Part shown: positions 26,759 to 39,527 of the stretch, piece after piece
Layout: each line of letters starts with the position of its first letter
How positions within the stretch are numbered: position 1 is the stretch's first letter
Source of the DNA: Octopus sinensis
Lineage: Eukaryota
Assembly: GCF_006345805.1 (NCBI RefSeq)
Contig: NC_043001.1
Location: 108,376,001 to 108,440,000, forward strand
Direction: 5' to 3'
Length of the DNA stretch: 64,000 nt
Notes under the pieces: model-generated
Seen by the model: the letters and a program-made list of their open reading frames with translations, nothing else
Told to the model about the DNA's origin: nothing
Databases searched by the model: none
Made by a program: the position numbers and the translations under genes

Positions 26759-27176
26759 AGGCGTAGGAGTGGCTATGTGGTAAGTAGCTTGCTTACGAAC
26801 CACATGGTCCTGGGTTCAGTCCCTACTGTGTGGCACCTTGAGCAAGTGTCTTCTACTATAGCCTTGGGCCGACCAAAGCTTTTTGAGTGGATTTGGTAGA
26901 TGGAAACTGAAAGAAGCCCGTCGTATATATGTATGTATATATGTGTGTGTGTGTGTGTATGTGCACGTGTAATTGTTTGTATGTCTGTGTTTGTCCCCCC
27001 AACATCGCTTGACAACTGATGCTGGTGTGTTTACGTCCCCATAACATAGCAGTTCAGCAAACGAGACCAATAGAATAAGTACAAGGCATACAAAGAATAA
27101 GTCCTGGGGTCGATTTGCTCGACTAAAGGCGGTGCTGCAGCATGGCCACAAGTAAAACAAGTAAAAGAGTAAAGAG
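26759..27176 (+). mobile_element. SINE family A copy (an older degenerate copy lies at about 26370-26730)
   Basis: Matches the family consensus. Confidence 0.88.
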
Positions 27177-27832
27177 TGTTAAACCTGACTGAGATAATAG
27201 AGGATTAAAGTGTGATAGTTTATCTATCGATAGTTTCCAATCGTTTTTCCATCAATCACAGACTTTTTTTCTTTTGTTTTTTAAGTATTTGATTTTACTT
27301 AGAATACAATCAGAACCTACACCTTCTATCTCCTTTTGTGTTTTTCTCTTTTGCTAATTCATCTTTCATGTTTCCCATAATAACCATATGAACTGATATC
27401 AAAAGCTTTGTGATCTATCTATTATTTTCAAATATAACGTCTATTTTTAACGGGATACTTTCAACTTGTTTCATTTTAATTTTTTTTTTTTTAACACAGC
27501 CAATTTTTTTCTTTTTTTTCCTGATTGAAATAATTTCTGAATTAGATAAAATATCAGTAAAAGACCGTCTCCTCCTCCTCACCCCCCCCCATCTCCACCT
27601 CCATGTTATTTTTGCATCGAAATCTGAAGGTAATCGTGTTGCAAAATCATGATGTAATTTCAAGCAGACATTTTTAATACAAGCACACACACACACACAT
27701 CATCATCACTGTCATCATCATCGTTTAACATCTGCTTTCCATGCTGGCATTGGTTGAACAGTTTGACTGAGGACTAGCAAGCCACAAGGCTGTACTAGGC
27801 TCCAACCTAATCTGACATATATATATATATAT

Positions 27833-27887
<55 letters not shown>

Positions 27888-28305
27888 CACACACAACACA
27901 GTATGCCAAATGTATGTGTGTCTAAGTTATATATTCATGATCAATGAATGTGTGTGTGTGTGTGTGAGCTTATACATTTATATGTGTGTGTGTACTGTCA
28001 TCATTTAACATCCATTTTCCTTCCAGTCTATGCCAGCATGGAAAATGGACATTAAATGATGATGATGATGATGATGATGATGCACAAACACACACACATA
28101 TGCACACATTCTATGTCACTATCATAGAGTGCATGTGCATGTGTGTGTGTGTGTGATCATGAGTTTTACATTAGCTTTTCCACCCAGGTATGGATTGGAT
28201 GAAACCACAGCTGAGGAATTATGAAAGGGTCTCTAAATGGCATCACCCTATGACAGGATGCCCTTCTTGATGTCAATGTTTACTTGTCTTCCAATTAAGG
28301 TACTC

Positions 28306-29335
28306 TATCATCATCATCATCATCGTTTAATGTCCACCTTCCATGCTGGCATGGGTTGGATGGTTTGATTGAGAGCTGGCAAGCCAGGAGGCTGCACCAG
28401 GTTCAAATCTGATCTGGCAAGGTTTCTACAGCTCAATGCCCTACCTAACGCCAACCACTCCGAGAGTGTAGTGGGTGCTTTTTACATGCAACTGAAATGA
28501 GGGCCAGTCAAGCAGCACTGGCATTGATCATGCTTGAATGGTGCTTTTTATGTACCACCAGCACAGAAGCCAGTTAAGTGGCACTGGCAACGACCACACT
28601 CGAATGGAGTTTTTTACGTGCCACCAGCACAGAAGCCAATCAGGTGGTACAGGCAACGACCATTCTCAAATGGTGCTTTTTACGTGCCACCAGCACAGAA
28701 GCCAATCAGGTGGTACAGGCAACGACCATTCTCGAATGGTGCTTTTTACGTGCCACCAGCACAGAAGTCAATCAGGTGGTACAGGCAACAACCATTCTCA
28801 AATGGTGCTTTTTACGTGCCACCAGCACAGAAGCCAATCAGGTGGTACAGGCAACAACCATTCTCGAATGGTGCTTTTTACGTGCCACCAGCACAGAAGC
28901 CAATCATTTGGTACAGGCGACAACCATTCTCAAATGGTGCTTTTTACGTGCCACCAGCACAGAAGCCAATCAGGTGGTACAGGCAACAACCATTCTCGAA
29001 TGGTGCTTTTTACGTGCCACCAGCACAGAAGCCAATCAGGTGGTACAGGCAACAACCATTCTCGAATGGTGCTTTTTACGTGCCACCAGCACAGAAGCCA
29101 ATCAGGTGGTACAGGCAACAACCATTCTCGAATGGTGCTTTTTACGTGCCACCAGCACAGAAGCCAATCAGGTGGTACAGGCAGCAACCATTCTCAAATG
29201 GTGCTTTTTACGTGCCACCAGCACAGAAGCCAATCAGGTGGTACAGGCAACAACCATTCTCGAATGGTACTTTTTATGTTCCACTGGCACAGAAGCCAGT
29301 CAGGCAGTACTGGCAATGACCACATCTGACATAAT
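28306..29335 (-). mobile_element. RTE-clade 3'UTR copy with an expanded VNTR
   Basis: (CAT)n tail at 28306, body, then the 66-bp array. Confidence 0.8.
28536..29320. repeat. Tandem array of about 12 x 66-bp units
   Basis: aatggtgc recurs at 28867, 28933 and 28999 (period 66); the units are near-identical with no unique spacers. Confidence 0.97.
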
Positions 29336-30009
29336 CACACAAATATATAAATAAATACATTTTTCATTGATTTTGTGAAATGAGAGTTCATGTTTTCCAA
29401 TCAGTTTAGCATTCAGCTTAATCTATCAAATATAATGCTTATTTATTCACATTGTTTTGAATTAATCATACACTGTCTTGTGACTTCAAGATTTCATTGA
29501 TGCAGTTATTTAGTGACATTGTAGGGTAAGTGTGAGAGGCTGGATCCAGCCAGTTTGAACATAAAATAAGCAAAATATTTTGGCCGGATATGACCAGTTT
29601 AAATGCTAAAGAGTTAATTGAACAAATTAGCATTACATAAAATTTAAACTTTGAGTTTTGAAGCAGCAAAGACTTACCCTGAATAAAATACCACAACAGA
29701 CATACATTAAATATGTGACATTGATAATGTTTACATTATTGAGCTGCTCTGAACTCAGAATTTGAATTTTGCTTTACTTGTACAACATTTTTACATATCA
29801 GAAGATAGAATTTATGTTATCTGTATAAACTTCAGGCAAGTGATTTGAATTTGTTTGAAGAGTGGCTTAAATAGACATCACTCATGAGCTGAAATATCAA
29901 TACTTTCATTCTCATTCACCTCCTGGGCAATTTGTTTCATCTTGCTTTGAAGTATACTGTGTTTTTTAATGTTCTATGTCTTTAAAAGAGACTTTCCCAG
30001 GATGAAATA

Positions 30010-30680
30010 TTCTTTTCTACTCTAGGCACAAGACCTGAAATTTGTGAGGAGGGAGCCAGTCAATTAGATCGACCACAGTACACAACTGACACTTAATTTA
30101 TCAACCCCAAAAGGATGGAAGGCAAAATCGACCTCAGTGGAATTTGAACTCAGAATGTAAAGACAGACAAAATACTGCTAAGCATTTCACCCAGTGTGCT
30201 AATGTTTCTGCCAGCTCGCTGCCTTTGATATTATAAATATTTTTTCCTACTCTAGACACAAGGCCTGAAATTTTTTGGGGGGAGGGGAGGGCAGTCGATT
30301 AGATCAACCCCAGTACGCAACTGGTACTTAATTTATTGACTCCGAAAGAATAAAAGGCAAAGTCAATCTGTATTTCAAGAGACAGAACTCTCACCTGGAA
30401 CCATTTATTTTGGGAGATGCTTCTTCTACAATGGCCTGTTCAATCTTTTAATTATTAATATTTATTTCTTTATTGCCCACAGGGGGCTAAACAGAGGGGA
30501 TAAACAAGGACAGATAAAGGGATTAAGTCGATTACATCGACTCAAGTGCATAACTGGTACTTGTTTAATCGACCCCAAAAGGATGAAAGGCAAAGTCAAC
30601 CTTGGTGGAATTTGAACTCAGAACGTAAAGACAGACGAAATACCAGTGTGCTAACGTTTCTGCCAGCTCGCTGCCTTTCC
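30010..30680 (-). mobile_element. Cluster of three SINE family B copies
   Basis: Three occurrences of the gatgaaaggcaaagtc/gaatttgaactcagaa core or truncated parts of it. Confidence 0.75.
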
Positions 30681-31769
30681 CAGGATGAAATATTGCAGTC
30701 AAGAAATATTTAACAACACACTTATATTAAGTATGAGACATTGACAATGTTAGTATTGCTTAGCTGGTTGAATATTCCATTCCACAAACGCCTTGTTCCC
30801 TTAACATTACTGTCCAAATCAATAGTGCATGTGATAAGGTACAGTCCATTAGACAGACATCTATACAGCAGGAGTGAATTCAGAATCTTGTGAGTGGAGA
30901 CTTAACTACTTGTAGGCACAGGTGCAGCTGCATAGAAAAGAAGCTTGCTTTGCTAGCTTGTGTTTTGAGTTCAGTCCCACAGTGCAGCATATTGGGCAAA
31001 TGTCTTTTACTGTAGTCTTAGTCTAACCAAAGCTTTATGACCTGGAATTCAGGCCTCAAAAACATGCCCCAGCACATCTGGGGTGGTGGCACCATCGTAG
31101 GCATGCCTCACATGCATCCGCTTTGGTCATCTGTTTACACTCCTGGCACTATTCGCCAGTGCATGCGCGTATCGCCACCACGTTGGCTGCCCTACCCTGT
31201 CTTTGCCCATTTAGTTTCATTTTCCAGTGGCGAAGCGGGGGTCAGTGCTCTAGCATCTGATCTGTTTGGATTGGGAAATTGTTATTATTATTATTATCAT
31301 CATTATCATCATCACCATCATCATTATTATTATTAGTGTGTTTTTTAAGTGTAGGCATGGTTGTGTGGTTAAGGATTTCATTTTGTAATCCTGTGATTTC
31401 TGGTTCAATTCAATAATGTGGCACTTTAGGCAAGCATCTTTTACTATTACCCTAGGCTAGCCAATGCCTTATAAGAGAATCTGATAGATTGAAATTGCAA
31501 TAAGCCTGTCATGCATGCATACATGTATGTATATGAGTCTATATATACATACGTCTACATCTGCTCACTCATGTCACCCAAGCTGCTAGAAACAACAGCA
31601 AATCTCCATCAAATGACATTGAAGGAAAAACCTGGAATTAATAAATACTATTGTACACACACAACACTGCAATAAGATAGGAAAGTCTTCAATGGTTGGA
31701 AAGTCTTCAATTATAAATTAGCTCAGTAATGGTTCATTTGGGGCTAAACAACAACACAGACCTAATTTT

Positions 31770-32000
31770 TTAATTATTTCTTTATTGCCCACAAGGGGCT
31801 AAACATAGAGGGGACAAATAAGGACAGACAAAGGGATTAAATCAATTACATAGACTCCACTGCATAACTGGTACTTAATTTATTGACCCCGAAAGGATGA
31901 AAGGCAAAGTCGACCTCAGCAGAATTTGAACTCAGAACGTAACGACAGATGAAATACCGCTAAGCATTTCACCCAGCGTGTTAACGATTCTGCCAGCTCG
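31770..32000 (-). mobile_element. SINE family B, full copy
   Basis: Reverse complement of the 45467-45700 consensus. Confidence 0.85.
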
Positions 32001-32879
32001 CGATACCTTATCCCACAAAAAAAAAAAAAAATAGAGAGTTCTCACACCTATCTGCCAGGCCATGAAATTTGTGTTAAGTAGCAGCCCTTAAAAGCCAGTC
32101 AAAGCTCAAAGGGCATACTTATATTTTATACTACAACAGTAGGGAGAAGGGATTATAAGACAAAAGTTCCCAAATCCTAAATCCCAAACACAGATATGAT
32201 TAACTTTAGAACTAATCCCTTTTCTCCCCACCTTTTTTTTTTTTCTCTTTTTTCTCTAAGCAAACTCCACACTAAACATTATTTAAAGATCACCATTCAC
32301 TCTAGAAGTTATAATTAAATGGGAATGAAATTAAATCAAAAAAATCTGCATAATAATAATATTATCTGCAACTTAATTATCTCTAATCCAGAGAAACAAG
32401 AGAAATACATTTTACATTTTTTCCTTTCTTTTTTTTTTCTTTTTTTTTTTTTTGTTATAATTAATATTTTGAACAGAAATCAATATTAGATGTGAGAAAG
32501 CAATATTAAACTGTTTTTAGTTTTCCTTTTTGTTTTGTTTTTTTTTCCTTTTATCCTGGTTTTAGCTATTGAACACAGGTCATACTGGAGCACCAGAACA
32601 CCATCTGTAACAGGTTCTTGTTGATAAACTCAACCCTCTATATGGTTAACTCCTGAATTAATCTCTCTCTCTCTCTCTCTCTCTCTCCCTTTTTTTATCA
32701 AGCGAATACAACCCTGGGCAAGTGTATGCAAGTGATGGTCAATCTGAACGCCTGTTGACATCATTGGGAAAAATAAAGGATTCCAGTAAAGAGCTGATCT
32801 AAAGAAGAAGGGTTTAGTAGGGGTTTTAGGGAAGGCATGTAGCTTACTAGTAAGGGTATTTGGTTTGTTGACTCCTGAC

Positions 32880-33132
32880 AGTGAACCGTGCCCTTGAACA
32901 AGACACTTGGTTTCACACTGCTTCAGTTCGATCAGCTGACAAAAACTGAATGGCACCTGTAATTCTAAGGAGCAGACTTATCACATTATGTCATGCTGAA
33001 TCTCCCTTAGAACTATGTTAGGGGTATGTGTGTCTGAGGTGAGCTCAGCCACTTGCATGTTAATTTCATGAGCAAGTTGCTCTGTTGATCAGATCAACTA
33101 GAGCCCACGTTGTCATAACCAACAGAGTGCCA
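32880..33132 (+). mobile_element. Old SINE-like repeat of a further family
   Basis: cccttgaacaagacactt core-like motif and a gccacttgcatgttaatttcatgagc body; single degenerate copy. Confidence 0.4.
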
Positions 33133-33165
33133 CTTAGTAGGGGATTTGGAAAGTGAAACACAGTA

Positions 33166-33586
33166 TTCTTTTATTCTTTTAGTTGTTTCAGTCAATTGAC
33201 TGTGGCCATGCTGGATCACCGCCTTTAGTCAAGCAAATCGACCCCAGGACTTATTCTTTGTAAGCCTAGCACTTATTCTACTGGTCTCTCTTGCCGAACC
33301 GCTAAGTTACGGGGATGTTAACACACCAGCATCAGTTGTCAAGCGATGTTGTGGCGACAAACACAGACACACAAACATATACATATATACATATATACAT
33401 ACATACATACATATATATATATATGTGACGAGCTTCTTTCAGTTTCCGTCTACCAAATCCACTCACAAGGCTTTGGTCAGCCCAAGGCTATAGTAGAAGA
33501 CACTTGCCCATGGTGCCATGCAGTAGGACTGAACCCAGAACCATGTGGTTGGGAAGCAAGCTACTTACCACACAGCCACTCCTGCA
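33166..33586 (-). mobile_element. SINE family A, full copy with a snap-back 5' end
   Basis: Reverse complement of the consensus; 18-bp inverted repeat at the head (33558-33604). Confidence 0.88.
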
Positions 33587-33894
33587 CTGTGTGGTAAGTA
33601 GCTTGAGCAGGAGATAATGAAGAAAAGAAGTTTGGTAGAGAGATAGGGTTTTCTAGTGATATTGAAGAGGCATGCATCTAGCAAATTCAGAGAAACAGGC
33701 ATCATTGTGCCAGTAATAGAAGAGATGAGATGAAATGAAGCAATGGCAGGATTATAGTATGTTCATGTATGAATTTCTGCCAATCATTCAAAAGACCTTC
33801 TTTTAAACGTAGTCTAAAATGGCTGTGAAGAATAGCAACACTAACCACGACATGTGAGGAGTAATATAATGCAGTCAAAAACACCATACCTTAA

Positions 33895-34116
33895 CCGTTT
33901 TGTGACCATATTTCTGTGGAGATGCTCTGTGTTTCTTTCAATTAATTTTATATATAACAAAGAATTTAGTAAAATAACTTAGTTATCATTCAGCTAGTGT
34001 TAGGAACATCAATTGTGATTAAGGTTTGGTGGAAGATTTTAATTCAGAACTTATGAAAACCAGACATTTTTACTACAGAGCCAGAGGCAGTTTTAGCTAG
34101 GTTGGTATCAAAAGGG
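33895..34116. mobile_element. piggyBac-like MITE family 1
   Basis: TTAA flanks; followed by gaattgt, the start of the dimer spacer. Confidence 0.85.
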
Positions 34117-34658
34117 TTAAGAATTGTCTGGTTGAGCGGCAGAATTGTTACCATACCATGCAAAATATTTTGTAGCATTTTGTCTGTCTGTACATTTTGA
34201 ATTCAAGTACCACCAAGGTTGATTTTGCCTTTCAGGATCAATAAAATAAGTACTAGTTAAATACTGGGGTCGAAGTAATTGACTTATTCCCTCCCACAAA
34301 ATTGTTGGCCTTGTGTCAAAATTTGAACTCAATTATTATCTGCTGGTCAAGGAGAAGTCTAACACTTGAAACAATAATATATATGAAAGATGGCAGCCAC
34401 AAGAGTTCATTAGAGGTTATGAAAATCATTGCAACTTGAAGGGTTTTAGAGAGAGTGAGTTACAAGACTGTTTGTTTCATATATGTAGTGATTGTATCCT
34501 AAAGCTGTATCAGAACTCTAAAGAGGTTTCCAAGATATCTGTTCATGCAAGCACTGTCAGTGAAGCATGTAGATGATGGTTAGTTAAAGACAAGTAAGAG
34601 AGGGTATCATCTGCCCACGAATAAGCATTGTTACAAGTGACAGCAAGGAGATCATTAA

Positions 34659-34904
34659 CCCATTTATGCTGAAATTTTTCTAGTGAATGAAATTGCTTGA
34701 AAATTCACAGATTCTATTATTTTGACCCAAAAAACTAATGGAAAGAAATTTCATTGAAAACCGTTTGATACAGACTACATATGCGTTAAGAACCTGCTTC
34801 ATTCTTTTATACAGATCATACACAAATCACAATTTGTATCAAGTATTTGTTTAATACCCTTATAAATGAAGTGTCAGTTTAAACGGACAAGTGGCTTCAA
34901 TGGG
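34659..34904. mobile_element. Possible third TTAA-flanked MITE
   Basis: TTAA|CCCATT...AATGGG|TTAA; short TIR and a single copy only. Confidence 0.35.
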
Positions 34905-35513
34905 TTAATGTACAGAAGGAACTATGTAGAGGATGCCATTAAACCTTGGGAGTAGACTAAGAATGATAGAGAGAACAAGACAGGAACCCTGTCAGGAAAT
35001 GCTAGAATGGACTAGTCTGGAAAGAAACTTCCAGTCCAAAAAATGAGAAATAAATGGAACCAACAGAGAGAGAAGTTGGCAAAACATTTTTCAAGCTAGA
35101 TATAGTCAAAAGATGCTAAGAGTAACAGCACTGTTTATTTTCAAGTTGCTTTGAGCAAAACACCACTGGTTTGTGATATGAAAGGAAGACAGATGTCTGG
35201 TAGATTTGGCTTTACTGAAAACAGTAGTGGTGGTCATTGAGGTAGGAGAGAGATTTGAAGTGATGAAGGAGGCGGTTGCTTGCAACCAACTACAACACGT
35301 TTATAAGCTGAAACATAAATGTAGACAAACAAATTAACTGTGACAGAGACAGATGGACATTTTAGGAAGAAAAAAACAAACATTGACAGACAACCAAACA
35401 GTAAAAGACAAATATGAGTCAACAGATAATAATGAATAGAAAGACAAAGACAGACAAGATGCTACAATTAAACAAATCAATATATACATACATACATACA
35501 TATGTATATATAT

Positions 35514-35677
35514 AGGCGCATGAGTGGCTGTGTGGTAAGTAGCTTGTTTACCAACCACATGGTTCCGGGTTCAGTTCCACTGCATGGCACCTTGGGCAAG
35601 TGTCTTCCACTATGGCCTCGGGCCGACCAAAGCCTTGTGAGTGGATTTGGTAGACGGAAACTGAAAGAAGCCCGTCG

Positions 35678-35725
<48 letters not shown>

Positions 35726-35940
35726 GCGTGTGTGTGTTTGTGTGTCTGTGTTTGTCCCCCTAGCATTGCTTGACAAACCATGCTGGTGTGTTTATGTCCC
35801 CGTTACTTAGTGGTTTGGCAAAAGAGACCGATGGAATAAGTACTGGGCTTTACAAAAGAATAATTCCCGGGGCCGAGTTGCTCGATTAAAGGCGGTGCTC
35901 CAGCATGGCCGCAGTCAAATGACTGAAACAAGTAAAAGAG
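35514..35940 (+). mobile_element. SINE family A, full copy
   Basis: Matches the family consensus. Confidence 0.9.
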
Positions 35941-35955
35941 TATATATATATATAT

Positions 35956-36249
35956 AAAAATTAGAAAAAAAACACTGAACAATTACATTACACCATCTAA
36001 AAAATTACATATAATAGAAATATTAAAACTAAAATAACAATGATATACCAATGATTAAGTAAATTGCAAAAAAATAATAAAAATGTATATAATTGGTTGT
36101 ATATATATATATGTTTTTATTATTTTTTGGCAATTTACTTAATCATCGGTATATTGTTATTTTAATATTTCTATTATATGTAATTTTCTAGATGGTGTAA
36201 TTTAATCGTTCATTTTGAATTGATAAAAAGTGTTTTTTTTCTAATTTTT
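35956..36249. mobile_element. Foldback-type AT-rich element (almost entirely palindromic) within (TA)n
   Basis: Arms of about 130-145 bp, aaaaattagaaaaaaaacact...gcaaaaaaataataaaaa, mirrored with small indels. Confidence 0.85.
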
Positions 36250-36381
36250 ATATATATATATATATTATACTGTGTGAAATTTGATTTAGTATTTCTAAAT
36301 TGAATTTTTCCCTGTAAGTTAGGATTAATATTCCCTCAAATAATTATTATTACATATATATATATATAATATATATATATA

Positions 36382-36629
36382 AGATATAAACTCAAATTAG
36401 GCAATCATACTCATAGAGCTACAAATTCAACTTAAAATGCATATACATACATTAATGTGTATCAACACATATTTTTTTTAATATTTATAAAATATAAATA
36501 TACATAAAAATACATGTAAATAAAACCCATGTGGGATACATATGGAAGGAAGTGTGAGAAAAATATATACCCATTTTAATTAGACTATATAACTGTATGA
36601 GTATGATTGCCTAATTTGAGTTTATATCT
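36382..36629. mobile_element. TA-flanked MITE with a 34-bp TIR
   Basis: TA|AGATATAAACTCAAATTAGGCAATCATACTCATA ... TATGAGTATGATTGCCTAATTTGAGTTTATATCT|TA. Confidence 0.88.
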
Positions 36630-36954
36630 TAATTCTTATCTTTTGTCTCCGGTTTCACCCGAGCACTTCTCAAGCAGTTCTGTATTTTTCATAAGAAAGA
36701 GCAATAATGTTATATATGTACCTGCATACCTGAAGATCTACGTCGTGCGGAAACAAATGTGATTAAAAGATAAATGTCCAACCATATCCCTTCTAGTTCA
36801 TTCCAATTTTTTCAATTGTCTATCCACACACGACAGAAGCCCAAACCTGGAAGTATGTATAATACCAATACCGGAGAGCAAAGGATGAAATCTGAAGGTG
36901 GACGAGCTTTATATTGTAATCTACTATGTTCTTAACAGAATATACCGTAACTTA

Positions 36955-37340
36955 CACATACATATATATACATACATGTATACATGCATACATATCATTT
37001 AAATATATATGAGCATGTCTAGATATGTAACTATATGCATGAGAATACATACATTAAACATACAAATCTGCACATACATACATGCATACATAGATACATG
37101 CATACATATATAAATATACATATATACATGCATATATATATACATACATATATAAATATACATATATACATGCATATATATATACATACATATATACATA
37201 CATCATCATCATCATGTATGTATATATATATGTGTGTGTGCAGATATATACATATATATATAGACACATACATATACATATAGACACACACACATATATA
37301 TATATATATACATACATACATATATACATCATCATCATTT
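36955..37340. repeat. Compound (TA)/(TACA)/(CAT) microsatellite
   Basis: Read directly from the sequence. Confidence 0.95.
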
Positions 37341-38627
37341 AACAAGTGTTTAATGATGATATGTGTGTGTGATGATATATATACTGATCTGTTTAACCAT
37401 TTATAACAGTGGAACTTGACGTCCGGAAAGTTATAAAAAAACAGTGTGTGTGTGTGTGTGTGTGTATACACACATGCATGCTATGCATATTTCAAATAAA
37501 ACTGATCCAATAAACTTAATTAAATAAATTTAATTAAATAATATATTCCTCTTTTTTTCCTGTTTGCCTTGCACTGATGGTCGGTATATCTGTCTCTGTT
37601 ACCTCATCCGATTTTTGCCAACTGTTAACAGCTGCAGCTCTGAACATCAGGAAGAGGAAACATGCACTACGCACAGAGTGCAGCGTGCCTAGTGTGGTAT
37701 ATAATAAAGTATAATGCATGTGTAATGTAATGTAGTGCATCGGTATTTGCACTTGGATCTACAGCTGCCACGAAGTCTCTTTCCTCCTCCTCTTCCTCCG
37801 CTGCACACACTGAATGAAGGCTAATAATAGTATCAACAGAGCCGCTACACAAGAATATTTTAAATAAATCTTGTTTCTCTTAGTAGTGGAAAGAAAATCA
37901 ATAACAGAAGTATATAAATAGACCGGATAGTTATAGCAGTATAAATATATATATATCATGACAGAGAGAGAGAGAGAGAAGGAGAACAATGTCTGAGGCA
38001 GAGCAACACAGACTCAGATTTGTAAATGCATAGACAGACGCTGCTTGAAAAGACAGGACTTCGTCTGGTTTAGAGTATTTTAATAAATAGAAGGCAGACA
38101 ATGCTTGTCAGTCATTGAGCTGTGTGTTCTAACGAATAAAGGAACCACATTTTGGTTCAGTGATTGTTTTGTTTGTTCTTTTGGTGGAGGGGGGTATTTT
38201 AAAGTTAATATTTAATCAATAAATAAAATGGATGACATGCATCAATCATCACGATGCTCGTTCGACTCAGTCACAGATGAAGAAATTATGAAAATATCAA
38301 CAACAAAAACAACCCGTTCTGTTCCATAAAATGGATGTTTTTTGTTCTGTTATGAAACTGAGGAGAGAATTGAGAATGCAAGACTAGAAGTTCAATAAAA
38401 ACTAAATATTGAAAATTCACTCTTGCTTTGTTTTGTTTTTTTGTTTTGTTTTTTTTTGTTTTTTTTTAATTATATCAAAATTAGGATTTTTCTCTGACAT
38501 AGCCAGAGAAAGACTGGTTGGAAGATGGAAGATTGAATCCTTTTATTCTTTTGATGGTTTCAGTCATAGGACGGCAGCCATGCTGGAGTACCAACTTCAT
38601 TGTCTGTCAGTTTTGTTGTCACTTTAA

Positions 38628-39102
38628 CCCTTTTGTTACCAACCTGGCTGAAACCAGCTGTGGCTCTGTAGTACAAATATCTTGTTTTCATAAGTTTTGA
38701 ATTAAAATCTTCCACCAAACCTTAGTAACAATTTATGTTCCTAACATTAGCTTAATGATAACGAAGTTATTTTACTAAATTCTTTCTTATATTTAAAATT
38801 AATTAAAAGAAACACAGAGCATCTCAACAGAAATATGGTCACAAAAAGGTTAAAATATATAATAGAGAAACAATTCTTAACCCTTTCGATACCAACCTGG
38901 CTGAAACCACATGTGGCTCTGTAGTACAAATATCTTGTTTTCATAAGTTTTGAATTAAAATCTTCCACCAAACCTTAGTCACAATTTATGTTCCTAATAC
39001 TAGCTGAATGATAACTAAGTTATTTTACTAAATTCTTTCTTATATTTAAAATTAATTGAAAGAAACACAGAGCATCTCATAATAAATACCATAATGAAAG
39101 GG
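38628..39102. mobile_element. Tandem dimer of piggyBac-like MITE family 1 with a 23-bp spacer
   Basis: Monomers 38628-38849 and 38881-39102; spacer aatatataatagagaaacaattc between TTAA sites. Confidence 0.9.
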
Positions 39103-39527
39103 CTAAGGCTGGAAGTAGGTCTATGATTGAGTTTGTAGCTGCTGGTCATCCCTGATTGTAACCCTGAATGGTATCTCCAGTATCATCATTAGGAGTTTAT
39201 CCCTTTTTTGTTTATTTTTTTGCATGTTTCAGTAGAGGTCCCTTTTACATTTCTGATTTCTTTAAGCAGGTAGCTGAACAGTTGAAGACCTTTAAATATC
39301 AAACAGATTGGTACAATAGAGCGTTTCTGGACTCAATTACAGACATTCCAAACTGTTGTAGGTTGTGTTAGACTGGATGAAATATTAAGGATTCCAAACA
39401 GACCTGGTGAAATATTCCCAAGTTCTTTTAAAGTAAATGATGCCAGCCTTTTTCACAGTGCAACCAATATGAAGTGAAGTGTCCTATCGAAGACCAACAC
39501 AATCTTTTTGACAAGTTATCACCTGTC

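Noticed and set aside
28536-29320. 66-bp array as a CRISPR array or as genes (ORFs of 258-263 aa)
   Set aside because: The units are contiguous with no unique spacers, there are no cas genes, and the array lies inside a retroelement 3'UTR. The ORFs arise because the unit is 22 stop-free codons.
36730-36754. Hammerhead-like CTGAAGA...GAAAC (and CTAATGA...GAAAC at 59747-59773)
   Set aside because: Stems I-III cannot be formed convincingly; at most these are decayed Penelope-like remnants.
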